A stretch of DNA of 62,002 nt, the filler included, from Basidiobolus meristosporus CBS 931.73 (lineage: Eukaryota > Fungi > Basidiobolomycota): NCBI GenBank assembly GCA_002104905.1. It is 3 parts of 3 records of this genome, joined end to end, with 100 filler letters (N's around TTAATTAATTAA, not from the genome) between each part and the next. Parts side by side here need not be neighbours in the genome. Positions count along the whole stretch, not along the records: positions 1 to 20,345 come from MCFE01001007.1; 2 more parts are not named here. The stretch is one strand, 5' to 3'. Position numbers and translations under genes: made by a program. The notes beneath the pieces were generated by a model. The model made no database searches. It saw only the letters and a program-made list of their open reading frames with translations, and had not been told where the DNA came from. Each line of letters begins with the position of its first letter. Position 1 is the first letter of the stretch. Positions 1-12,000 of this stretch are shown piece by piece.

Positions 1-2371
1 CCTGGGAACTTACTCAGTTCATGCTGCCAAATCTGGTCCTAGGAGAAGTGACCCCCTTTGGAGACCTCACTCTGCCTCAGCTGCCCAGCAGGCTGCAGTG
101 ATATTCAAGCAAGCTCAAAGGGTAACTCAGGCAGAAGTAATAATCAGTTTTAGAGATCCTGGTATCTCTGCTGTGGATGATGCATACAAGTACTTTCAAG
201 AAGTATTTGCATACCCACCTGCTCATTGCCTTAAAGATGGCTTGGTTTCAGCATTTGGGACTTTCATGCAAGACACCCTCTCTGATACTTAATGGTTCAC
301 TGCCAAGTCTCTTCTTCTTGCAATCAGCAAGTATCCCTCTTCCAAGTCTGCTGGTCTGGACCCCCTTCATATATGCATTCCCAAGGTTTTGGCTAGAAAT
401 GCAGCTTTGATAGATGATTTGAAGATTTTCTTTCATCATTGCCTCAGGCTAGGGTTTACCCCTTCACAGTGGAATCTCTCTCACATTCACCCTTTGCCAA
501 AGAAGTCCACTTCCTCAACCATTGTCAACTTCAGGCCTATTGCCTTGACACCAATGCTTAGAAGAATATTTGAGGCCTGCCTCCTCAACCACTTGAAGGA
601 CTCCCCCTTGGCCCAGTTTCATCCTGCACAAGCTGGCTTTAGGGGTGGCTACTCTACTGTAACACATTCAGTTGTATCTCATGATGCTTTTTACCTATCA
701 GGTCATAAAGAAAGAAAACACAGAATCTTTATTGACCTAAAGCAAGCATATGATAGGGTAGTGATCCCAATACTCCTGAAGAAGCTAAAGAACCAGAATG
801 TATCCAGTCAGCTTCTTAGGATTGTACACTCACTCTTCTCAGCCTGCTATTCCACAATTAGTGTTAATGGTGTGATATCATCTCCATTTCCCAGGCTCAG
901 GGGGCTATTCCAGGGATCTTTGCTTTCACCAATCCTGTTCAATGTCTACATTGATGACCTAGCTCAAAGTCTCTGCTCCAATGACTCAGCAGCAGCTGTG
1001 CCCTCTGCACTGCTATTTGATGATGACATCCAATTGCTGCCTAGGAGTCTCTCAGAAGCTAATCATTTGCTGAGTAAAGTCAGCCAATGGTGTACTGCCA
1101 ATGGTATGGAAGTGAACACTTCTGAATCAGCATACATTGGTCCTACACCAGAGTGGAATATTACCTTCAATAACTCCCTTCTGCCTCAACCTTCCTCTTA
1201 CAGCTACCTTGGACTCCCAACTTGTCAAAGTGGTATTTCTTGGGCAGCTTACACTGAAAAGTGTATTCAAAGGGCTTCTGCCACTTTGAGTTTCCTACAG
1301 CTCAAAGGGACCAGATGGCATCCCCTGATTAGGCTACAGCTATTCAAGGCCTTTGTGAGGTCATCTTGGGAGTATGTTGCTCCTATGATGTGTTTGGCTG
1401 CTGATCCTGACCTCATTACCAAGGTACAAGCTCTTCAGCAAGAAGCTATTGGCTGGGTAGTCAATGCTTCTGACTACCATTCTAGGCAATATCAGAGGCT
1501 TATGCATAGTCTGACTGGTATTGAGGCTGTGCCAATCAGATTTGAGACTTTAGGTATCAGATTTGGGCAGCACTATGCAAAAGCATCACCCAACAATCCT
1601 TTGAAGATCTTAGTCAATAAGATTACTAACAACTTAGTCCAAGCCACCCCAAAGTCATTGGTCAGGAAGGAGATACACTTTCCTGATGGTTATAGAGATT
1701 ATCTGGCCTCCAACAGTGCCAAGCCACCTAGAGAGCATATTCCTCTCTCTGTAGCAATGCATAAAAGGAAGCTGGAGAATATTGCCAGAGTTACTAGCTC
1801 AAAAGACAGAGTTGGACTTATTTCTCATGAAAGTAGACATTCCCATAGTGGAGCAGACATATCCCTTTACATCAGGAGTTCCTTCTTTGCCTTCCAGGCC
1901 ATAAGGTGAAGAATGAACACACTTTGCTTGGGTTTCAAGTGCCCCTACTGTAGCAGGTATTTTTACTTCTCTCATGAAGAGAGCTGCTTTGGGTTCAAAG
2001 ATACCCAATCTTTGTTCCAATTTCACAAACAAAGGGAGCTCATCCAGAGACTTTCTGCTATCATATCTGCAATTAGACCTGAGCTTCTGCCTTCCTGTGA
2101 GATCTCTGCCTTCCAGGAAGTGGTAGTATAGCTCTACACTTTCCCTTGGTGCTTTGCTTTCAAATAACTCCCAGCTTTACTTCATTTTCTAGCCTAATTT
2201 GTTGACTAATTTCTTTTCAGAACTCAACTCAACTTAAGCAGTATGTTTACCTTCACATTACCATAGATATATTTTCTTTGTACAATTTGCACTACTCAAC
2301 TTGAATCAAGTTGAAATGGTATTACTATACTTGATCAGATTCAATAAAAGAATTTAGACCCCTAACCCTAA
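1..2371 (+). mobile_element. Non-LTR retrotransposon (APE-type LINE), 3' part cut by the window edge; inactive copy of family A
   Basis: One reading frame from 2 to 2131 broken by TAA (290-292) and TGA (1907-1909, aligns to TGG/Trp in the copy at 57.7 kb). RT motifs FRPIALT, QAGFR, IDLKQAYDRV, GLFQGSLLSP and FDDDI (FADD in the other copy); C-terminal CPYC..H..C. Collinear with ORF2 at 55.8-57.95 kb. Ends AATAAA (2343) then CCCTAACCCTAA. Confidence 0.93.
2360..2371 (+). repeat. Telomere-type (CCCTAA)2 tail of LINE copy 1
   Basis: Sequence aataaaagaatttagac-ccctaa-ccctaa-g; CpG-depleted sequence stops here. Confidence 0.85.
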
Positions 2372-2739
2372 GTGCTCTAGGAAGCCCTGCACAGTGCGCT
2401 GCCTACTTCGAAGATTACAATGGCAAATAGGAACACTATTCTATGTCCAAAGATATCTGAAAACTAGTCCGACTGATTAGTACCATGAAATATGTTGCCC
2501 TGTATTGGTGAACTCACCTTTCCATAGAGAGGTTGACAAGCTGTGGCAGTCAGCATGTAGGTAGTGGCCACAATTGTCTGATCAAGACTGGTTTAAAGGA
2601 TGGCCATAGCAAGACCAATAAAGACCAGCACTAGCTTTCCAAAAGGTAGAAGGGCAGAACCGTCCACTGCAAGATCTGGCTTAGCTAAGTCCTCTGAAAG
2701 TTAGGGTTATCTACGAAACAAGGTGCTAACCGATTTGGA

Positions 2740-2795
2740 TTGAACTATCAAAAATCATGTTGAATTGAACCATCACAAATCACGTTGAGTTGAAC
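2740..2795. repeat. 25-bp imperfect tandem repeat, about 2.2 copies
   Basis: ttgaactatcaaaaatcatgttgaa / ttgaaccatcacaaatcacgttgag / ttgaac. Confidence 0.7.
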
Positions 2796-3228
2796 GCTTA
2801 AACTATAGATACCCTTGGCTACCATAACTCGCAACATTACCACATGTGTTAGCAGTCCGAATCGACCTTAGCCACATGATGGATGGCTCATGCATGCTAC
2901 CGATATAAATGGAATAGGCCAGAAAGAGGGAACTATCCAAATTCGGTGATATCAAGGAATGTATGTGCGGGCCAAGAACCTCGAAAATCATCCGGGCAAA
3001 TGAGCAGACAAAGCTACTTCTATAATCGAAGATATTGTTGATAACTTATCCAGAAAATTGAACGTCGATATGACCATCATTACTAATAAGACTAGAATTT
3101 TCTGTCTGATCCGCAGAATTAAGTGCCAATCATTAAAGGTCGTTAATTCACAGTATTTATAGGCAGACTCTTGGAAGTATCAGCTCAACATTGCTTTTTG
3201 CAAATAGCTGATCGCTCTTAATATTAAC

Positions 3229-4299
3229 ATGGTTGAAGGCAAAATTAACGAAATTCGTGGCTGGGCTGCCAAGAAAGCCGGTCTCGAAGTCGAGCCCTGG
3301 AGCTACGTTCCACGTCCTTTGGGCCCCAATGACGTAGAGATCAAGATCGACTATTCTGGTATCTGTGGTTCCGATCTCCATACTCTCAGGGACGAGTGGA
3401 AGAACTCTATCTGCCCCACTCCATATCCCGCGATCGTCGGTCACGAGATCGTGGGTCGTGTTATCACCAAGGGAGCAGATGTCAAGGACCTTGAGGAAGG
3501 CGATATTGTCGGAGTTGGTGCCCAGGTCAATGCCTGTCTAAGCAAGGAGTGCCATGCTTGTAATCGTGGACTTGATCCTCACTGCCCTGAGATGGTGGTT
3601 ACTTATGCCGGTTTTTACAAAGATGGCCAACAGAGTCACGGCGGTTATGCTGAGGCTATTCGAGTCAATTCTGCATATGCTTTCAAGCTACCAGAGAGCG
3701 TTGACCCCAAGCTTGCGGCTCCTCTGATGTGCGCGGGCACCACCGTCTTTGCTCCTATGCTCCGTGATGGTGTCAAGAAGGGTGATCGTGTTGGTATTGT
3801 TGGTATAGGTGGCCTAGGTCATTTGGCCATTCAGTTTGCCAACGCTTTGGGTGCGGAGGTTGTTGCATTCTCTCAATCCCCTAACAAGCGTCAGCAATGC
3901 CTTGACTTGGGTGCCTCGATCTTTGTTGACACCTCAAAGAAGGAGGAAGTTGACGAGATTCGTCACACACTCAACTATTTGTTTGTCACAGCTGACTGCA
4001 AGTCTGAGCAGTACAACGAGTTCTTTTCGTGGATGGACTTTGGTGGTGAAATCTGCCTGCTCTCTGTTCCTCCGGAGAAATTGGCTTTCCAGCCAATTGA
4101 CTTCATTGCAAGTGAAATCAAGCTAACCGGCTCCTTGATTGGTGGCGTAGAGGTGATCAAGAAGGCTTTGGAGTTTGCTGGTAAGCACAATATCAAGCCT
4201 ATGGTAGAGCACTTCCCATTGTTCAAGGTCAATGAAGCTCTGCAGCATATGGAACAAGGCAAAGCTCGTTATCGTATTGTCCTTGATGTAGAATACTAG
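3229..4299 (+). CDS. NADP-dependent medium-chain alcohol dehydrogenase (cinnamyl-alcohol dehydrogenase / ADH6-like), intronless
   Basis: 356 aa; GICGSDLH, GHEIVG, structural-zinc cysteine cluster, APLMCAGTTV, GIGGLGH, C-terminal RYRIVL. Confidence 0.95.
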   Translation: MVEGKINEIRGWAAKKAGLEVEPWSYVPRPLGPNDVEIKIDYSGICGSDLHTLRDEWKNSICPTPYPAIVGHEIVGRVITKGADVKDLEEGDIVGVGAQVNACLSKECHACNRGLDPHCPEMVVTYAGFYKDGQQSHGGYAEAIRVNSAYAFKLPESVDPKLAAPLMCAGTTVFAPMLRDGVKKGDRVGIVGIGGLGHLAIQFANALGAEVVAFSQSPNKRQQCLDLGASIFVDTSKKEEVDEIRHTLNYLFVTADCKSEQYNEFFSWMDFGGEICLLSVPPEKLAFQPIDFIASEIKLTGSLIGGVEVIKKALEFAGKHNIKPMVEHFPLFKVNEALQHMEQGKARYRIVLDVEY

Positions 4300-5392
4300 A
4301 AAGATAAATAGAAAGTAAAGCGATTTAATACAACGTAACTGTAAAATCCAAAAAGCCAGAATCGGGATCGCGTAGGCTTACAAATACTACCTGGTAAACA
4401 CCATCTGAATATATGGACAGGACCGCACAGTATTGGATGAAATAAATCAAAGCCAATTTCGCTCCTTCCCAGCTTAATTCCCATATTTATATCCTCATTC
4501 ACTTTCAAATCCTGTTGCAGTGCCTTGGTGTTCTTGAGACTCTAGGCAGTAGTTTTGATGAGGTGGCCATGTTGCCCTTCCCAACTAAGACACATTGACC
4601 TCTAATCTTGAAATATCCGTGAGGGCTTTCGAGGCCTCCAGCTGGCACCGTTTAGCTCGACCCATATTGGCATTGCTCTGCACTTGGACAATCTTACCGC
4701 CTTCATTGACTACAACTACTCCTTTGGTGGCATATTTCAAGGAGAAAGTGGCGTTAACCAGATGAACAAAGCTGTCATGGAATATTTGCTGAGCGGAGAT
4801 AGCATTTCAGTGGGTATGATGGCCAAGGAGAAGCACATAGTATACAGAGCTGTTGACTGAATGCTGCTTCGTTCACTGTATTTCTATTGTGTGTTTCAGG
4901 TAGGTAAATGCAATGCCTAATCATATTACATGATGGCTTGTATGCTGGGTGTAGCAAGTATTCATATTATTGAAACAAATATGCAAAACACTTTTGAAAG
5001 TGCTACTACCAGTGCCATTGCTCCAGTCACCCTATTCTTATATCTTTGTATATGTATTTTATCAATGTATTTGTGAAACTGTTATCTAAGTTACACCAGC
5101 TGAACGGTGACCGATACAAAAAATACTCTTGAAGATTAAACTACACGCTGTCAAGGCATTGCAAATAACATGATTAACTGCTCTGCTTCATAATATTCTG
5201 TTAGCATGCATATGTTTCCCACAGCAAAGGTTCAGGGTCTTGATACTCATTTGTGATTGGTGTAAATCACCAACAGCTGGCTTCACTGTCAAACAACACT
5301 TGACTCAAATACCTTAGGTATAGTAGAGATGTTAATGAATAATTGAACTTGGCGTACACAAACAGCAAAAATATTCCTGTCAAGTTGTCAGA

Positions 5393-5935
5393 GTTGATCA
5401 TGTGGTTTTCACTTAATTATTATTGAGTGTAAAAATGGCTTTTATATTTTTACACGATCTTCGCAATACAAACCCGCAGAATACATTTGGGTGCTCCCAA
5501 GAGTATGTGTGCAAAGTTTGAGGGACTTTGGACAACTGAGTAATCCTTCATGTCCTGCGTACCTGATATTTTGGCAAAGTATTCTTGAAAATTTCGTAAT
5601 TACACCTAAATATTCACCCTACTTAGTCACACAGATCATGGTCTACAAATCTTAGAGAATTCTGAGCCAATTCCCTGTCGGAATTTACTTTGAATACTTT
5701 CACCAAAACATCAGGTACCCAGAACATGAACTTTTGTAAAGTTGTCCAAACAGCTCCTAACTTTGCACACATGTTCTTGGGATCTTACTAAACATAGTCT
5801 ACGTGTTGGTTTTTCCAGGATCATGTAAAAGTATAAACACCACTTTTACATTAATAAATCATTAAGTGAAAACCACATAATCCACTTGTTCTCCCAATCA
5901 CTGCCAATATCTCCAAAAACTCTCACAACAACTTC
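5393..5935. mobile_element. Foldback / MITE-like element with ~200-bp imperfect terminal inverted repeats
   Basis: 5401-5460 (tgtggttttcacttaa...tttttacacgatc) pairs with 5819-5878 (gatcatgtaaaag...ttaagtgaaaaccaca); cccaagagtatgtgtgcaaagttt pairs with aactttgcacacatgttcttggg; acctgatattttggcaaagtattc pairs with gaatactttcaccaaaacatcaggt. No ORF. Confidence 0.75.
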
Positions 5936-8900
5936 TTTACATATTTGACCTAAGTAGATAAAGATTTTGCCACCTGGTGACGTTCATCCCTCCCCCTAAG
6001 CAAATCTTGCACCTCTTCAGAAATCTGCTCAGTTTGAGTTGGTTTCTTTATTCATTGTCTTAAATACAGATATCACCTCTGGATGATATCATGTCCGTAG
6101 GTATACCTACACCGATAACCAATTTTGGACAGATTTGCAACCACGCGCACTACAATAACACTTCCCATTTATTTGTTAATTCTTTGGCGGTGATAGATAA
6201 TGACCCAAAGTGTTAGACATTGACAATATTTGCTTTGGTACTAACTATCTTATCAGTGAGGGTTCTGGAGAGGTTGAGCCATTCCAGCCACAGTTCATTG
6301 GCAAGTTTGCTTGTAACTGTAAAACCTATGGCGTCATGCTTGCTTCGACTTAAACAGGAGTATTTTTGTAATGTAGATGGCGTGGAAAATAGCTGAGATA
6401 GAGAAGCAAACTTACGTGGCTAGTTGCAACTGGCGATTTTCATTGCATTTTTAATTCTGAAAACCGTCAGATGACCTTGATTCGTAAAGCTGGGAAAATT
6501 ACTTCCAAGTTGCTACTGCCACTTCCAACAATGCTCACCTCTATGCGGCTACCAATGATTTTTTCGTGATTTGCGACTATCGGTAGCCACAATCAGGAAA
6601 GTACCGACTTCCTAATTGGATTCGGCTTATCAAACTTCTTTTCAAGAATTCTTTGATTGTCACTCCGAATTATTGGATTTTATAAACCAATTCCGGAACT
6701 CTGACCCCAGGCACAAAATCAAGGTACATATCCGCTCTATCGGAACAAGTTATCGGATTCAAAAAATATTAGCCAGAAATCTAGGTGTGCGGCGCTATTT
6801 TGAAGCCAATATGTTCAACAAAAAATTTAGGTTGCTTATGCCAAACAGATTATGGCAAGTAGCTCCAACAAGTGCTCGTGTCGCGCGCCGTGGATCTCTA
6901 GCACCAACTACAGGTATGTTCTGTTAGATGAATAAACGTCCTTATTTCATGCTAAGAATTATTCGAGTGATGGTAGAGGATACACTTCTCAAATATCCTG
7001 ACTGTTTTCAGTGAAATAGATCACTGTGACTTACAATGGCAAATTCCTTAATATAAACATAATATAGATATTTCCATATGTAGTGTGGTTTGCTTTGACA
7101 ATGAAGTCCACTCAAACCAAGAAAGCCACCATCGATGATGTGGTCGAATAAGAAGCTGTATCAAGATGTGTAGATCATGGGTTTTTATCTACACCATCTC
7201 ATAGCTTCTCAGCTTTGCTCAATCCTTACTGTTAACCGAATTATGGGATTTGATGGGACTCCAGCACCTGTTTGACGACCACCTTTCATTTTTCTGGACC
7301 ATCTTGCACAAATATATGGACAAATATGATTTATCTATCAAATATCTTTATCGTGGAAATTTCTGATGAAATGGTTGTAACGGTGGCTTACTGTAGGTTG
7401 TACAGTCCCAAATACAGTGGAAAAGATTGGGCAACAGTAGAGGTAGCGCGTCAGTTTGGCAGATTAGCGACAGTGTCATCTTGAATTAGTGTTTCTGTTG
7501 TGGTATCATACGTATTTTTTATGTCTGCAGACGGAGTAAATGTTGTTAATGCGGTACTTGTGCTGCGTACTATTTCGGTCTGTACAATGGTATCGATCCG
7601 AGTCTCCAACGAAGTAATAATGGGCTCGATTGTATGGGTGTGCCATTGCTTCGAAGTTGTAGTTGTAGCTCTTGGGTAAACCGTTTGTAATAAACAATAA
7701 AGAAAAGCCACATCCTATGAATTCCGTAAGATACGCTGAGTATATCACTTATATGCACATATACTCAGAGATATGACCTTCAATTGGATACGGATGAAAA
7801 GACTTTGTACTTAATGGAGCTGTATGCAGAAGGCAAGGTTTTTGGATATTTCCTGGAATTCAAAAATTAATGTGTCATATATATTTTGCTGTCTAATACT
7901 TGATGAGCAACCAAACCACCAATTGCTAACTATGCAGAGCCTACTTTCAATGAGCAATATGTTGTATATTCTCTACTTGTTGTTAGCAATTGGAAGAACA
8001 AGTAGGTTGAGTGCCAGGAAGGATATGGATAAACATTCATGTGCAATCTGAAAAGGTTACTCCTAGTTCCAGCAATGCCGCATCCAGTGAGTAGTAGCAA
8101 TTCGAACGCACCAACTGAAAACTAGTAGAAATTCCACCCAAGTATCGATTGTCGCTGTCCCTATTAGGGAAATCAATGCCGTACGTTTGGGGAAATCAAT
8201 GTACCAAACAATTGGGCTAATCAGCATACGATAAGAAGGGCGATCCAATCCAAAAAGGCCATAGAGGTCGGTGAAACCAATTGTTGTAGGTACTTCCGGG
8301 CTTACTCCAAGGATGACATTTTTTGCCAATAGCCGTTTTGGAGATGATATGGTAATCTTGGCCAAATATGCATAAGAAGCAACGCACCTAACTTGTTTAG
8401 GAATTCCACTCCCGTGACATTATGCACAACCATCATACACAAGGCTCAGAATGATTCTCAGTCTAAGGGTAAGTAGCCCTGGAATCACGACAGTCCAGGG
8501 GATGGTATATCTGATGCTGTTTATCTGGCGCAAGAGCATGCAATTGCTCTGCTAGCGCCTGTATTATACTTTTTGCAGTTCAGGCTATAACAGAACTAAG
8601 AGCTGAAAGTTTGCCACCAATCATGTCCGAATTATATAAATGTTGGCCTCGGAGGCTGATCGCTGCATAAGCCAACAGACTTACAGGCTATTGACGGGAA
8701 CTTGAAGTTAAAGTTGGATGTGGAGATGACCCACTAGCCTGTTTCGGTGGGTCCCTGTCTGTGAGCCCATTATAGTAATACAAATTCAGTCATGGGTGAG
8801 GTTTTTCGGTGACAAGACCAATCTGGGGAATTAGTTGTAAATGGAAGACTCGGCTGTAAGATGCCCCATTCCGACGTAGCAAATGGGTTCGATTTTTCCT

Positions 8901-9059
8901 CTTTGAGCTACTGGTTAGAATGCTATCTAGACAATTACTTTTCCACTAGACTTCGGCGACGACGCGAAGATTTTTTTGCCAATTCTAGATCAATATTAAT
9001 ATCCCACGCAGCAAGTCCAATTTATAGAGTCGGTCTGACATCACTTTCTCAGGTTAAGC

Positions 9060-12000
9060 ATGCGGTTTACCTATGGTCTATCCGCTGCTATAGCATTTGC
9101 AAATGCTCTATCTGCATTGCAACAAAGTGGCCCAGTCCTTGACGATGGAATTCTACCATTATCCAAGAAAGCAGACCATCAGTCAGCTCAGTCCAAATCC
9201 ACTGTGCCAGCCCCTACCCACTCTTCGTTAACTACAGTGGCTACGGAGGCTTCCCTTCGCAGTTCTTCAGTAAATAGACCATTATCCTCCCAGGAACATG
9301 ATTTAAAGCCGAAGAATAGTGAATTACCTGACGTCAAAGCCATGGTATCCGACCGTCGTGTGGAAGATGATCATAGAATAGTGTCAGAACATGTAGCAAG
9401 TGGGGGAAAAAAAGCAACCTCAACTGGCTCTTCGCTTCTACCCAAGTCAACCATCAGTATGTCGGTAATTTCAAAGAAACAGAAAGAGCATAGCGCTGCG
9501 GCGGTTGACACCTTGCCCGATACTGTTTCGGTTTACAGCACGTTCCTAGAATACCAGACGTATACAGAGCCTCCCACTGTTATATTCGAGACCACCAACC
9601 AGTTGCTCACGACCGATGTTGGCTCTGGATCGGTAAAAGTGACCCACGTTGAAACAATTCATGCCACCGTAACCAGCAAAGAATCGGTAACCCACGTGGA
9701 TACAGTCAAAGAAACCATCACCATTGCTGCAAAGCCAGAAACAGAACGACACACGCTTACCGAACATCATACTTTGACCAAAAAGGAATTCGAAACACCA
9801 ACGGAAGTCGTCCGAACCGCTTTAGATACCAAACATGAGGTGCACACGGTAACCAAGAAGAAGACTTTGAAACCCGTGACCGTGACTCCTACAGTATTGG
9901 TAACCAAAAAGCCAGCAAATAAGGACTCAGCAACAGAAAGCATACCAGATACTGCTACAGTTTACAGCACATACATCGAATACCAGACGTATACGGAGCC
10001 ACCCTCCATTATCGTCGAGACTACCAACCAGTTGCTCACAACAGATGTTGGCTCCGGATCAGCTAAGGAGACCTACGTTGAAACAATTCATGCCACTGTC
10101 ACCCGCAAAGAATCGGTAACCCACGTGGATACAGTCCAAGAAACCACCACCATTGCTGAAAAACCGGAAACAGAGCGACACACCGTTATCAAATATCGTA
10201 CTTTGACCAAAAAGGAATCCGAAAGTCCTACAGTAGTCGTCCGAACCGCTTTAGATACCAAACACAAGGTGCACACGGTAATCAAGAAAAAGACTTTGCA
10301 ACCTGTGACCGTAACTCCAACGATCACAGAATCTATAATCATCGAAAAGGAAACCTTCCAGCACACAGTCACTGCTCCTACAGTGACTGTTAGTGAGACA
10401 GATCAGCATACTGTAACTGCCCAAGAGACAAATCAACATACCGTCACAGATAAAGAAACAGTACAGCACACTATCTCTGCTTCTACTGTGACGGATAGAG
10501 AAACAGACCAGCATACTCTTACCGCTCCTACCGTCACTGACAAAGAAACAGTGCAACACACGGAAACCGATGAAAACACAATACAACATACGGTTACTGA
10601 AAGAGAGACAAGTCAACACACCATCACCGCTCCCGTTGTAACTGATAAAAAAACTGTACAGCATACTGTAACTGCTCCTACAGTAACTGATAAAGAAACT
10701 GTCCACAATACAGTTACCGCTCCCACAGTAACGAGTAAAGAAACGGTTCAACATACAGTTGCTGCTCCAACAGTAACTGATAGAGAGACTGACCAGCATA
10801 CTATCACTGATAAAGAAACAGTCCATGTTACCCCCACTGCTTCAACGGTTACGGATAAAGAAACATTCCAACATACAGTTTCTGGTCCAACAATCACTGA
10901 TAGAGAGACTGATCAGCATACCATCATTGATAAAGAAACAGTCCATGTTACCCCCGCTGCTTCGACCGTAACCGCCAAGGAAACAGTCCAACATACAGTT
11001 TCCGCTCCAACAGTAACCGAAAGAGAGACTGATCAGCATACGATCACCGACAAAGAAACAGTCCATGTTACCCCCGCTGCTTCAACAGTAACGGAAAAAG
11101 AAACCGTCCAGCATACTATCGCAACTCCATCAATTGAGAGAGTGACAAACCAGCACACTGTCACCGATAGAGAAACAATGCAACATACAATTACTGCTCC
11201 AACAGTCACTGAAGTACACACTTACAACCAAACACTTCCTGGGATCACAGTAACTGACGAAAAGACCAGATCGCTTGAAGCAACTATCATTAGGGATAAG
11301 ACTGTCACTGCACCTACTGTTACTGTTGATAGGACTATCACCGGTGCTAATGTTACAAATGAGGAGACTGTCACCGCACCTACTGTAACTGAGGAAAAGA
11401 CTATCACCGCACCTACTGTAACTGAAGAAAAGACCGTCACCGCGCCTACAGTTACTGAAGACAAGACCGTTGTTGCGCCCACTGTTACTGTTGACAAGAC
11501 TATCACCGACTCTGATAATACTAAGGATAACTCCGTATCTACCGTCACAGTGGATAAGACTATCATTATGCCTACCGTTACCGGGGATAAGACCGTCACT
11601 ATTGATAAGACTATCACCGACTCCAATGTTGCAGCTGAAAGGACTGTCATTGTACCTACTGTTACCAAGGATAAGACTGTCACTGAACCTACTATTACTG
11701 AGGATAAGACTGTCACTGAACCTACTATTACTGAGGACAAGACTGTTGCTGCTGCCACTGTTACTGTTGATAAGACTATTACCGACTCTAATATTGCAGG
11801 TGAAAAGACCGTCACCGTACCTACTGGTACTGAGGATAAGACTGTCATTGTTGATAAGACAATCATCAACTCCGGTACTGCTGATGAAAAGACAGTCACC
11901 ATACATTCTGTTACCGATGATAAGACTGTCACTATTCCAACTGTTACTGTTGACAAGACCATCACCGGCTCCAATGTTGTAGATCAGAAGACTGTCACTG

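Noticed and set aside
1907-1909. In-frame TGA aligned to Trp as evidence for UGA recoding or selenocysteine
   Set aside because: The same copy also has a TAA stop and a mutated RT motif, and host genes use TGA as a normal stop; simple decay explains it.
4617-4860. ~80-codon stop-free stretch downstream of ADH
   Set aside because: No start codon or splice context and no recognisable motif.
2701-6000. Isolated TTAGGGTTA (2701) and CCCTAAG (5994)
   Set aside because: One to 1.5 units, expected by chance in 62 kb, and not preceded by AATAAA or an RT ORF.
7100-8400. Thr-rich minus-strand ORF (7451-7711) and neighbouring frames as a decayed wall-protein or tyrosinase gene
   Set aside because: Similarity is only compositional and has many stops; no family could be supported.
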